From a virus: a stretch of 64,000 nucleotides of DNA. Made by a program: the position numbers and the translations under genes. The notes under the pieces were generated by a model. It did not search any database. It saw only the letters and a program-made list of their open reading frames with translations, and had not been told where the DNA came from. This document shows positions 47,835-56,251 of the stretch, piece by piece. Positions within the stretch are counted from its first letter, which is position 1. The number at the start of each line of letters is the position of its first letter. The stretch spans positions 1 through 64,000 of IMG/VR virus record IMGVR_UViG_3300034630_000009. One strand, written 5' to 3'.

Positions 47835-48554
47835 ATGAAACCTTCCTTTTACTGGCTGCTGCTACCAGCCGCACTTGTCTCGCTAACCTTAAGTAGTTGC
47901 TCTGGGCAGACGACAAAAGCACCCGTTACCTCTCCTTCGCCAGTAGCCGTCGAATCACCATCACCTCAAACCGATACGTTTGACGCTGGTTTAGCCAAAG
48001 CTTCGGATGCCTCATATACCGCCAAAACGGCTGAAACTTCGGAGGATTGGGATCTGGCAGTGTCTCGCTGGCATCAAGCGATCGAGTTGATGCAAGGAGT
48101 ACCAACAGGAACTGCAAACTTTGCCCAAGCGCAAGAGAAACTGGCGGAGTACAAACGCGGTTTGCTTGCTGCCCAGAAGCGGATCACACCGAAAGAAGTT
48201 GCTTCAGCGCCTGTAGTATCTGAGCCTGAGAGCACGCCCATTGCATCAAAAGTTGATACAAGCAGTTGGTCAGAAGATCAGAAAGAGCAAGTGTTTTTAG
48301 CAGCGGTTGATGGCACCGCGTCACCAGCAGAAAAGGCTTGGGGTGCAACGGTTTCCAACGCGAAAAAAGTTGAGATTGCCAAAGGCGCTTGCAAAGAATT
48401 TGATCGAGGCGCAACCTTCAACGACATAGGACTCGAAATCATTAAGGCTTTCGGCTCCAAGTCTGCCGCTGGTAGGTACACCGCTGCAATGGTGGGTGGT
48501 GGCGTATCAGTTTATTGTCCCGAACACCGCTCCAAAATACCTTCTAGCCACTAA
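47835..48554 (+). CDS. Lipoprotein with DUF732-like C-terminus
   Basis: Signal peptide and LSSC lipobox; FLAAV..GAC..FDRG..YCPEH. Confidence 0.75.
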   Translation: MKPSFYWLLLPAALVSLTLSSCSGQTTKAPVTSPSPVAVESPSPQTDTFDAGLAKASDASYTAKTAETSEDWDLAVSRWHQAIELMQGVPTGTANFAQAQEKLAEYKRGLLAAQKRITPKEVASAPVVSEPESTPIASKVDTSSWSEDQKEQVFLAAVDGTASPAEKAWGATVSNAKKVEIAKGACKEFDRGATFNDIGLEIIKAFGSKSAAGRYTAAMVGGGVSVYCPEHRSKIPSSH

Positions 48555-48611
48555 CAACTCCTGACAATTCAACCTTTCACTTAACCCTCTATCGCACGAT
48601 CGAGGGTTTCT

Positions 48612-48884
48612 TTATGACTCTCCATCATGCTCTGTATTCAAAACCTGTCTAGGGAAATTAATGCCAAAATCAATCCCTAGAACGCTTTCTATCAGTCTTA
48701 GCGTCTCTTCTGGTAAAGATTGCTTCTCATCCTCAATGCGATACCAGTTTTGAACGGACATCCCTGCGGCAGCAGCAATCTGAGTAACGCTTCTAGCGTC
48801 TCCCTTCCGCGCCTCCCTGATGCGTTTTCCGAGCTCAGGTGCTTCTACTTCTACAGTCCGTACAACTCTCACATTTTGAACCAT
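48612..48884 (-). CDS. XRE-family HTH repressor
   Basis: LGKRIREAR..SVTQIAAAAGMSVQNWYRIE. Confidence 0.88.
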   Translation of the reverse strand: MVQNVRVVRTVEVEAPELGKRIREARKGDARSVTQIAAAAGMSVQNWYRIEDEKQSLPEETLRLIESVLGIDFGINFPRQVLNTEHDGES

Positions 48885-48928
48885 TAAATCACCACCTTAA
48901 AGTGTGTCACGTCTTGAGTAATGTGTAC

Positions 48929-49000
48929 ATAGTAATGTATCACTCAACTCACGTCAAGTTTAAGTTTTAACTTGACGTGTTTAACGTAATGAGTTAATCT
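48929..49000. promoter_or_regulatory. Back-to-back sigma70 promoters
   Basis: Plus strand TTGACG(48972)-17 bp-TAATCT(48995); minus strand TTGACG(48957)-17 bp-TACTAT(48934). Confidence 0.8.
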
Positions 49001-49240
49001 TAATTCATGGGTGAGGGACGGGGAACAGAGAACGCCAGACACTACGCCCCCGCCACGCCGCTGAGACTCTCGCTAACCAGGCACTCAACCGGAACCTCAC
49101 CCACACTCAAGACAACGCCATCACACGGTCACGCCAAGCGCCCGCCGTCACCAAAGGGCACCACGACGTAGGGTTCGTCACAGGGTCGCTGAGCAGCCAA
49201 ATGGAGATTGGCTAGTGGAACGGCTTTACCGCCTCAGTCC

Positions 49241-49307
49241 TGAAATTACGTTAATGCCAGCGAGGACGGTCTCAACTCCGTGTAAAGGCAGAGAGGCGTA
49301 CTTTTCA
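49241..49307 (+). ncRNA. Twister ribozyme (type P1), predicted cleavage between U49252 and A49253
   Basis: P1 UACGU/GCGUA; UAA; P2 UGCC/GGCA; P4 ACGG/CCGU; loop U-CUC-AA-CU; GA-GAG; pseudoknots CUC/GAG and AG/CU. Confidence 0.85.
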
Positions 49308-49321
49308 ACTGGAGAAACAAA

Positions 49322-49537
49322 ATGAAAACCACCGTAACGTTTGAAGAACTCAGAAAACTGCACATTGGCGACCAACTTGAAAATCCTTCCCGTTGCGGAG
49401 TGGCTGAAGTCATCCATAACGAGGAGCATTGCGTTGCGATCAGGGTCATCGACGGAGACGAAAGTCTCCGTATTGGAGCGACCATCAGCTATAGAGAGTC
49501 TGAGAGTTTGCACGGAGGATGGGAAATTCCTCAATAA
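49322..49537 (+). CDS. 71-aa hypothetical protein (SH3/KOW-like) between two twisters
   Basis: GGAGA RBS; IGDQLENP..GVAEVI beta-strand pattern. Confidence 0.7.
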   Translation: MKTTVTFEELRKLHIGDQLENPSRCGVAEVIHNEEHCVAIRVIDGDESLRIGATISYRESESLHGGWEIPQ

Positions 49538-49582
49538 CTTTTAGAGCCGATCGCAGTTTTGGAGGCAAGCTTTAACGCCTCC

Positions 49583-49636
49583 CGCTAACGTGCCAACGCC
49601 CGATTCCAAGTTCGGGGGGAAGAAGACGGAGGAGCG
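49583..49636 (+). ncRNA. Twister ribozyme (type P1), predicted cleavage between U49586 and A49587
   Basis: P1 CGC/GCG; UAA; P2 CGU/ACG; P4 CCCGA/UCGGG; loop U-UCC-AA-GU; GA-GGA; pseudoknot UCC/GGA. Confidence 0.8.
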
Positions 49637-49686
49637 TACACCAACAGTTAACGGAGTAAAACAATAACCACTTACAAAGACACACC

Positions 49687-49836
49687 ATGAGTAAAAACCA
49701 AAAGCCCAATGTCTATACGCCCACAGGAGCGGGCACCGTCGCCTCCAAAGATGTCAAAAACAACGAGGTAACGGTAACGGTCGTCTATCCCAATGGCGAT
49801 CGAACAACCTGGTCTGACGACGAGGTTGTTTATTGA
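49687..49836 (+). CDS. 49-aa hypothetical protein (absent from ORF track)
   Basis: MSKNQKPNVYTPTGAGTVASKDVKNNEVTVTVVYPNGDRTTWSDDEVVY*. Confidence 0.6.
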   Translation: MSKNQKPNVYTPTGAGTVASKDVKNNEVTVTVVYPNGDRTTWSDDEVVY

Positions 49837-49848
49837 TCGCCGCGCAGC

Positions 49849-50052
49849 TTAGAGTAAGCCATCTTCCCGCAACTTTGCTTCCACCGCCGATCGCACGTAA
49901 TCAGCTTTTGCTGTGCCCATCGCACGCAAGAGCGCGTCGATCGTGGGCGGAAATTTAAAAGATAACGGACGTTGATCGCTGGTTGTCCCTAGACCTTTGC
50001 TCCATTGTTTTTTTGCTGCTGCCGCTTCTGGATTATGTTTACGTTTTGCCAT
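49849..50052 (-). CDS. Small RHH-like DNA-binding protein
   Basis: PLSFKFPPTIDALLR..ADYVRSAVE. Confidence 0.65.
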   Translation of the reverse strand: MAKRKHNPEAAAAKKQWSKGLGTTSDQRPLSFKFPPTIDALLRAMGTAKADYVRSAVEAKLREDGLL

Positions 50053-50172
50053 ATCGATCCTTTATCTTTTTACTACTATAGCGCGTAAACTCCCAGCAAA
50101 ATCAGTAAAACTACTGAGGACTGCGAGTAGACGCGCTGCTAAGATGGACGCATCACTTCAAGAGGTTTTTCA

Positions 50173-50388
50173 ATGCACGCACCCACCCCTGCCGAACGCG
50201 CCGCTCTGATCGCCCCCCACTTGGGCGTTTCGCGCCCCTTCAGCGCTGCTGGCTCGTCCCTGATCGACCAGATCCGAGAGCCGCTGTTTGAGGCGCAGTC
50301 GCTCGATCCAGCCGAAGAAGCGCGGCTACTGGCTGCTCTGTCCGTCCAGATCGCCGGACGGCTGGCAGCGCTCCACGGTTGCCGCTAG
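50173..50388 (+). CDS. Hypothetical protein
   Basis: GAGG RBS. Confidence 0.5.
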   Translation: MHAPTPAERAALIAPHLGVSRPFSAAGSSLIDQIREPLFEAQSLDPAEEARLLAALSVQIAGRLAALHGCR

Positions 50389-50445
50389 ACCGCGAGGGGC
50401 GGGTTGCGCCGCCCCCTTTGCACCCCACACCCCACACCCCACACC

Positions 50446-50919
50446 ATGCAATCCTTAATCGCCCACTACAACACCGCCGCTTTTCTCCGCACCTTCGCTG
50501 CCTCCTGCTACGTCGCTGGCAAATTGGTTTACGGCGAGATCAAGTCGATCGCGCTTGAACTCTGGACCATCTACACCAGCGAACGAGCGAAGCGGCTCTA
50601 CACCTTCCTGATCCTCTCGGTCATTGCCCTTGCTTGGATGGGTGCCTTCGCTGCCGTCTGGTTGGGCAATCGCAGCCGCGAACAATTTGACCGCTTCGTT
50701 GCTTGGCGCGATCGGTTCATCGCTTCCCATCTAGAGCAGCCTTCCGAGTGCCTGGTCGGTGACGAAATTGCTAAAGCGGGTTGCGCTGTGATTGCTGAAC
50801 TCTTTGCTCAAGCCGATGCCATCATGGCTCACCCGGTTTACGCTGATGCACCCGCCACACCCATCAAGCGCCGTCGCAAGGTCAAAGGTTTTCAATCCGC
50901 ACAGGAGGTGATCGCCTAA
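50446..50919 (+). CDS. Hypothetical membrane protein
   Basis: TM segment FLILSVIALAWMGAFAAVWL. Confidence 0.6.
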   Translation: MQSLIAHYNTAAFLRTFAASCYVAGKLVYGEIKSIALELWTIYTSERAKRLYTFLILSVIALAWMGAFAAVWLGNRSREQFDRFVAWRDRFIASHLEQPSECLVGDEIAKAGCAVIAELFAQADAIMAHPVYADAPATPIKRRRKVKGFQSAQEVIA

Positions 50920-51001
50920 CAGACCGCTGCTGCCTGCGAACAGCGTGAGCGATCGCGCAAACACCTATTTCATTCATTTCATTACTAAGGAGAAAGTAAA
51001 A

Positions 51002-51160
51002 ATGGATCGCTACTTTTACAAAGAGATGGATGGCTGGTACGACACGCTGAGATCCAGCCTCAGCCCAGCCATACTGTCGAACAAAGGTTGGACTGAATGC
51101 AGCGAAAGCGCATTCCATGCCTACCGTGAGAAGAATGCAATGCGGAATGCTGGCTGGTAA
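51002..51160 (+). CDS. Hypothetical protein
   Basis: AGGAG RBS. Confidence 0.5.
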   Translation: MDRYFYKEMDGWYDTLRSSLSPAILSNKGWTECSESAFHAYREKNAMRNAGW

Positions 51161-51282
51161 ACCGTCAAAACGAAGATTACAGAGACTAGAGATTAACGCG
51201 CAACGCAAAAGAGCGCCCCGACTGCAATCGGAAGCGCTCTCAACAAAGTCCATCCAACTAGCACAGAAGGTAGACAAGCACC

Positions 51283-51543
51283 ATGTTAACAGCACGGATC
51301 AATTTTCCTGCGACTGCTCCAGTTAGCGACCTTGACGCACCCGCCCTGAAAACGTTTAAGCATCGGGTCACCCTGGTCAACCATCAGACCGATCGCAGCC
51401 ATCAGATCGAAGTGACGACTTTCAGCGACAGCTTTAACGCGATTCAGCGCGAAGTGGCTTACGTGCGATCGACCTGTCCCGCTTTGCAAGGCTACGCGAT
51501 GGCTGATGCTCCGGTTGAATTGTTGAGCGGCAAACCGTTCTAG
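51283..51543 (+). CDS. Hypothetical protein
   Basis: Resembles the C-terminal half of 60252-60650 (both end PF). Confidence 0.55.
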   Translation: MLTARINFPATAPVSDLDAPALKTFKHRVTLVNHQTDRSHQIEVTTFSDSFNAIQREVAYVRSTCPALQGYAMADAPVELLSGKPF

Positions 51544-51584
51544 CTTTTTGGCTTAGAGGTGCATCTACTCCCATTCCTTCACCC

Positions 51585-51797
51585 ATGAGTAGCACCATGC
51601 CTCAAATTCATATCGTTTGTCGTGGCAATTTGCGGCACCGCGTCGTTGCTTACGATGCCACTTTCTTGTTGTTTCTGCCCCATCTCCGATCGTTCCCTCG
51701 GTTTCTTGATGCAGCCGAAGCCCATGACTACTGCACCAAACTCAACGCAAGAGCGATCGCCGCCGACCAAAGCAAAGCGATCGCCTTGAGCCAGTAA
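51585..51797 (+). CDS. Hypothetical protein
   Basis: ORF in the early gene cluster. Confidence 0.45.
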   Translation: MSSTMPQIHIVCRGNLRHRVVAYDATFLLFLPHLRSFPRFLDAAEAHDYCTKLNARAIAADQSKAIALSQ

Positions 51798-51920
51798 ACC
51801 ACTAACTCTGCATCAATTATGCACTTCTATACTCTTTGTCCCAAGCATCCTGAATGTGGATGCTCCGACTTCTGCAAGGATGGCGATTGCTTCGGTCCCA
51901 AACCTCAACAGCGAGGCATC

Positions 51921-52046
51921 ATGGCTCTAGTACTTCTGTTTTTTATGGCATTGTTTCTGATGCCGCTGGCAGCACTGGCATCGCCTTACAATCCACCGCC
52001 CACGATCGGCAGTCCTTCTAGAACGGGTGGCTCTGGTACACGTTAG
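51921..52046 (+). CDS. Putative secreted peptide
   Basis: GAGG-ATG; signal peptide ending ALA; mature SPYNPPPTIGSPSRTGGSGTR (a longer start at 51819 is possible). Confidence 0.5.
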   Translation: MALVLLFFMALFLMPLAALASPYNPPPTIGSPSRTGGSGTR

Positions 52047-52098
52047 CTGAAGCTCGGTCCGTCGTGTGTTCCCCTTCCTTCCTTCATCCTTTCAAACC

Positions 52099-52320
52099 AT
52101 GTCAATAAACGAACGCCTCCCCATCCCTAGCGCTGAACGAATCTGCCAAGCCACGCTCGCACCAGAACGGGTCGCTACATTGGTAAGTTGTGCCGTGAAA
52201 CTAATTGATGTGCTTGATCTGTACATCGAAGATCCAAACCCGATCGGGTTACAACTGCTGCGAGAACTGGCTGATGATTTGGAGACAGCGATCGCGCAAG
52301 CCGTCTTAACAGCACAATAA
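52099..52320 (+). CDS. Hypothetical protein
   Basis: ORF in the early gene cluster. Confidence 0.5.
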   Translation: MSINERLPIPSAERICQATLAPERVATLVSCAVKLIDVLDLYIEDPNPIGLQLLRELADDLETAIAQAVLTAQ

Positions 52321-52351
52321 CCCTGCCCGTGTGTTCCCTCGCCATTCACAT

Positions 52352-52642
52352 ATGCACTACCCAGAACCAGATGCTCTGACCCAGTTGGAGCAAAAATTAG
52401 ACAATTTTCACCGCACCAGCCGATCGCAGTACGCCAATTATCTGGCACTGCTCAACTCAGCAGAGAACTACACCCGCAAGGGGCAGGCTGTACCCGATCG
52501 CATTCGGGTGGCGATCGCCGCTCGGTTAGCGTACCTGAAACGGTTGCAAGATGTGAGCGATCGGCTGCTGGCTCAGAGCCTGATTTTGGCAGAAGCACTA
52601 ACTACAACGGCGAGCCATGAACCAACCACAAGCAACTTTTGA
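52352..52642 (+). CDS. Hypothetical protein
   Basis: ORF in the early gene cluster. Confidence 0.5.
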   Translation: MHYPEPDALTQLEQKLDNFHRTSRSQYANYLALLNSAENYTRKGQAVPDRIRVAIAARLAYLKRLQDVSDRLLAQSLILAEALTTTASHEPTTSNF

Positions 52643-52850
52643 CGGCGAACCCGTCACCGTCGCGCAGAGCACCACACCTGGCAAACTTATGCGCGACGGC
52701 GAAGCCCTCTATCACGTCAAATTGGAGCCATTGCCCAGTGGCGGCATGGCTCAATACTGGCTGACGCAATCAGAAGTCGAGCAATCTATCAAAGGTGGGT
52801 TTGCAGCCATCCGTCGATTGCAACAAGCTTGGCTGAACCAGGTGGCTTAA
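52617..52850 (+). CDS. Hypothetical protein
   Basis: Overlaps the upstream ORF. Confidence 0.5.
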   Translation: MNQPQATFDGEPVTVAQSTTPGKLMRDGEALYHVKLEPLPSGGMAQYWLTQSEVEQSIKGGFAAIRRLQQAWLNQVA

Positions 52851-53008
52851 GTAATTCTACTGAAGGGGTAAATTTAAAAACGGTGATACCGTTGTACTTA
52901 CCTCGATTCTCAGCATAATTGCTGAGACGAGTCGGTTTCCAAACCTGTCCAGCACTGTTCCAAAGATTACCAAGTCGAAAGACTTCCGGCGCTCTTGCAT
53001 TAAAGTTT

Positions 53009-53740
53009 ATGTCTGACCTTCAAAACCTCAGCCTGTCAGCATTTGAGGCTGAAGTACGGCAAGCCTCTTGCACACTTTCCCTGTCTACAGAGCCAGGGTC
53101 AGATGTTCTAGAGCAAGGTGTTTGGTTCCTCAATTGCCCAGATGGTCCCACAGCCGATCGCTTCCTGTCGCAACGGCGGCGTTTAGCCCAAATTGCCTTG
53201 TTTAATCAAGTCCCTCAAATTAATGTGAGAGTGAGCGGCGATCGGTACGACACGATCTGCCCTTCGGTGCATTTATTATTGGGTGCCATGCCACAGAACA
53301 GGGTTTTAACGGTCAACGATCTGCCTCGTGATGCCAGTGGGATGCGGCTTATTGGCGATCGTTCGATACTGCGATCGCTTGTGCTAAGCAATCCCAATCT
53401 TAAAGTGATTCAGTTTTCCAATGATGTTGGCTTAGCATCCGGATCTAACTGCCTTTCTGCTTGCGCGCTCAGTGTTGAGCAGTGGGAAGGGCGTAGAATG
53501 CATGGCGAAACTCAGATTAAGGGTATTCGCACCTGGATACCGGAATACTGGGAGCAATTTCAGACGTTGTTGTTCAGCCATGCTAGCACCGATGTCGAGT
53601 TTGACTACCCCGCCTTCCGCTACGACGGCTCACCCATCTACCAATTTGTCAGAGCGGGCTTAGCCATTTACCGCGATCCTCAAGGCAAAAGTCAGCTCGT
53701 GAGGATGGTCGATCTTTTGCAGCTCAAGGATGGGCATTAG
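53009..53740 (+). CDS. Hypothetical protein with a possible PAS-like C-terminus
   Basis: EFDYPAFRYDGSPIY resembles a PAC-like motif. Confidence 0.55.
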   Translation: MSDLQNLSLSAFEAEVRQASCTLSLSTEPGSDVLEQGVWFLNCPDGPTADRFLSQRRRLAQIALFNQVPQINVRVSGDRYDTICPSVHLLLGAMPQNRVLTVNDLPRDASGMRLIGDRSILRSLVLSNPNLKVIQFSNDVGLASGSNCLSACALSVEQWEGRRMHGETQIKGIRTWIPEYWEQFQTLLFSHASTDVEFDYPAFRYDGSPIYQFVRAGLAIYRDPQGKSQLVRMVDLLQLKDGH

Positions 53741-54380
53741 CTTGGTGATCAACTGATGCGTGCCCGTTGCCATGACCTTTCAAAACGCTAACGTAAAACT
53801 CGCTGGCAGCATCCAGCCCAAACAACGCCGCCCAACCATAAACATTAAACGGTTTGCCATCTAGCTCCACAATCGCAGCCAGTTTACCCAAAAAATTGCC
53901 ATCTAACCAGTAAGGCTGTCCTTGTAGTAATGTCGCCAGAAACGCTCTTTGGTCAGCTTTCTGCTGCGGGAAAATTTTAGCGGCTAATTGCTCAAGTGTC
54001 AGCCCGTCGCGCTCAGCCTGAGCCACGATCGCAGACCGTGCTTGCTGCAAATGCTCAGGTAAGAGCTGTATTTTTGGGGATGGCTCTGGTTGGGTATCCC
54101 CTCCTTCGGTCGCTACCAGGAGATAGTCTTCCAACGTGTAAGCTTGGCCATCCGCGCGACAGAAACGTTTTAGTCGTGCTAACGCCCAAACCAATCCGAT
54201 CGGTGGTTCGAGTCCAACGCCCTTACGAAACCGTTGCAGCTTGGGCATGTTGGTGTCATAACCAACTGTTGCTAATTCTTCGACTAATTGCTCCATTGTG
54301 ACCGGGGCGGCTTCCATCAAATCACGGATCAGCCTGCCTAACCGCTGCATTCCGGCTTCAGAAAAGTTGTAAGCGCCCAT
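53724..54380 (-). CDS. Tandem-HTH repressor-like protein
   Basis: LGRLIRDLME..TMEQLVEEL and LTLEQLAAKI; divergent from 54589. Confidence 0.6.
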   Translation of the reverse strand: MGAYNFSEAGMQRLGRLIRDLMEAAPVTMEQLVEELATVGYDTNMPKLQRFRKGVGLEPPIGLVWALARLKRFCRADGQAYTLEDYLLVATEGGDTQPEPSPKIQLLPEHLQQARSAIVAQAERDGLTLEQLAAKIFPQQKADQRAFLATLLQGQPYWLDGNFLGKLAAIVELDGKPFNVYGWAALFGLDAASEFYVSVLKGHGNGHASVDHQANAHP

Positions 54381-54588
54381 AAGACCTCTGCCATTGCGTT
54401 GCTCAAATTGTACCAATTTGATTATCAAGTTTCGATAAATCAAGCTTGACAGATCAACATTGATCATTGATTATTGAAAAACCAGCAGATGGATGGGGCT
54501 GGTCACGAATGATTCCTCAATGCACCCAACCCGCTATCTGAGCGGGTTCTTTCAGACCTTATTGGAGCGCCACAGGTATTCCCAAGCC

Positions 54589-54762
54589 ATGCATAGACTT
54601 CTAGAACTACCGCACGCAGAACGCAAAACACTCTTTGTCCATGAAAGCTTGGTTACTCGGATCAAAGCCGCTGCCCTTCCCGGTGAGCATCAATGGCAGA
54701 CAGTGCAACGACTTCTTGAAGCTGGCTTGCGTCAGCACTCAGCCAACGATCGGGTTGCCTAA
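54589..54762 (+). CDS. Small Cro/RHH-like protein
   Basis: RKTLFVHESLVTRIK..QTVQRLLE. Confidence 0.5.
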   Translation: MHRLLELPHAERKTLFVHESLVTRIKAAALPGEHQWQTVQRLLEAGLRQHSANDRVA

Positions 54763-54827
54763 AAATTAAACGCCGGAACACAACTCCGGCTTGTAGCCAT
54801 TCGCCCGTGTCTTGGCACGGACAGACT

Positions 54828-55271
54828 ATGACCACTGTAACGCAAGACTCCAGTCAACCCGCGCTCACTACCGAAGCCGATCGCCTCCTCGAACAACTCC
54901 GCACCTGGAGCCAGCACGACCCCGACTTTTGCCGCATCGAGCGCACCAATTTCAGTGGCGGGCATGACATCGATGTACGGGTGGGGGATACCTGGTTCAC
55001 CATTTGGGCTACAACTTTTGGTGCCATTTCCAGCAGTGGGTTAGCGATGCTGCTGTCGGCATTGATGAGTGCGATCGCCATCAAAGAATGGTTGTTAGAC
55101 CTTGAATTTTACAAGCACTCCGAAACAAGTGAATTGCGCTGGGATGTAATGGTTTACTCTGCTGGGCGTTTAGCAGTAGACGAGCCATACAGAGGTGATC
55201 ATACGCAAGCCGCGATCGCACTCCTCACCGCTTTCCTTGCAGCATTGGAGGGTAAGCATGGGCATTCATAA
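54828..55271 (+). CDS. Hypothetical protein
   Basis: ORF in a coupled operon. Confidence 0.6.
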   Translation: MTTVTQDSSQPALTTEADRLLEQLRTWSQHDPDFCRIERTNFSGGHDIDVRVGDTWFTIWATTFGAISSSGLAMLLSALMSAIAIKEWLLDLEFYKHSETSELRWDVMVYSAGRLAVDEPYRGDHTQAAIALLTAFLAALEGKHGHS

Positions 55272-55509
55272 CCGCGAACCCCTGCGCCAGAAAGAGCGCG
55301 TTGCTTCAATGCAGGCAAAGAATCACAAGCGGGTACTAGAGGCGATCGCCCGCTTGTCGCTGACAGGCAAACCATTTAGCAAACAGGAAGTTTTGCTTCA
55401 GGCAGGTTTGTATGTCACAGGTCACAGGGCAAGGACGTACATCGATCGCGCCCCTGAGTTGTCGGAAGCGTACCAAGCAGCGATGCAAAAGATGGAGGTT
55501 GGCGCATGA
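55258..55509 (+). CDS. Hypothetical HTH-like protein
   Basis: FSKQEVLLQAGL; GGAGG RBS. Confidence 0.55.
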   Translation: MGIHNREPLRQKERVASMQAKNHKRVLEAIARLSLTGKPFSKQEVLLQAGLYVTGHRARTYIDRAPELSEAYQAAMQKMEVGA

Positions 55510-56093
55510 CTGCAAAGTTACCCAAACGTCCCAGAGCTTTTTACTGCGGCAATGAAGACGAAGGCAAGATTAGTTTTTTGCATTCCATTAATCAAGCCTT
55601 GCGGGGTAAGGCATGGGAAAACGTGAAACCATTGCCCGCATACGATTGTTTTGCAGAGCTTGGTTTTGTGCCCGCTGGCTTACTCTTTCAGAATGGCTGG
55701 TGGTTTCACTGCACAGAATGCGATCGCAGCTTTGATGTCGATTGTTGGGACTATGACAAAGACGTTGCACTCCATCCCGTGTTTGAGCGCGATCGCCGCT
55801 TCTGCTCTCAAGCTTGCCGCAACACTTGGCATCAGAATGAGCAAAAGGTAGCCAGGCTTAAGGCGGAGGCGATCGCGATCGTAACAGCTAAATATCCAGG
55901 CAGCGTCATTCAGCTTGCTTACGTCAGCTTGGCGTACCTGGATCGACCAGACAAGCAGCGTGTTGATTTTAAAGTTCTAGGCGTGGCAGGTGCCGTTGAG
56001 TGGACAAGCGAACAGCCTGATACGGTGTCGGTCCGTAGATGTGACGTAGAAGCTTGGCAGGCATACAAAGCTGGCTTGGAGGTAAGCGCGTGA
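55506..56093 (+). CDS. Hypothetical Cys-motif phage protein
   Basis: GWWFHCTEC..FCSQAC. Confidence 0.7.
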   Translation: MTAKLPKRPRAFYCGNEDEGKISFLHSINQALRGKAWENVKPLPAYDCFAELGFVPAGLLFQNGWWFHCTECDRSFDVDCWDYDKDVALHPVFERDRRFCSQACRNTWHQNEQKVARLKAEAIAIVTAKYPGSVIQLAYVSLAYLDRPDKQRVDFKVLGVAGAVEWTSEQPDTVSVRRCDVEAWQAYKAGLEVSA

Positions 56094-56251
56094 TACTAAT
56101 CAGCCCAGAAGCGATCGCCTACCGTCACCGTGCCAGCCTGAGGACGATCGACGACCTGCAATACCTCTGCAACTTTTACAGCATCGTTCCGAGCCCTGCC
56201 ACGTTAGAGCGGGTATGGCTGAAGTTGCAGCAAAAGGAGGTAGGGTTTTGA
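56090..56251 (+). CDS. Hypothetical protein
   Basis: GGAGG plus GTG start; coupled on both sides. Confidence 0.5.
   Translation: MILISPEAIAYRHRASLRTIDDLQYLCNFYSIVPSPATLERVWLKLQQKEVGF

Noticed and set aside
48950-48979. Palindrome CACGTCAAGTT-N8-AACTTGACGTG as a novel element
   Set aside because: Largely explained by back-to-back TTGACG -35 boxes; it may also be an operator but is ordinary
49007-49171. Leaderless short ORF at the predicted TSS
   Set aside because: Low-complexity product with no supporting motif; a structured RNA is more plausible
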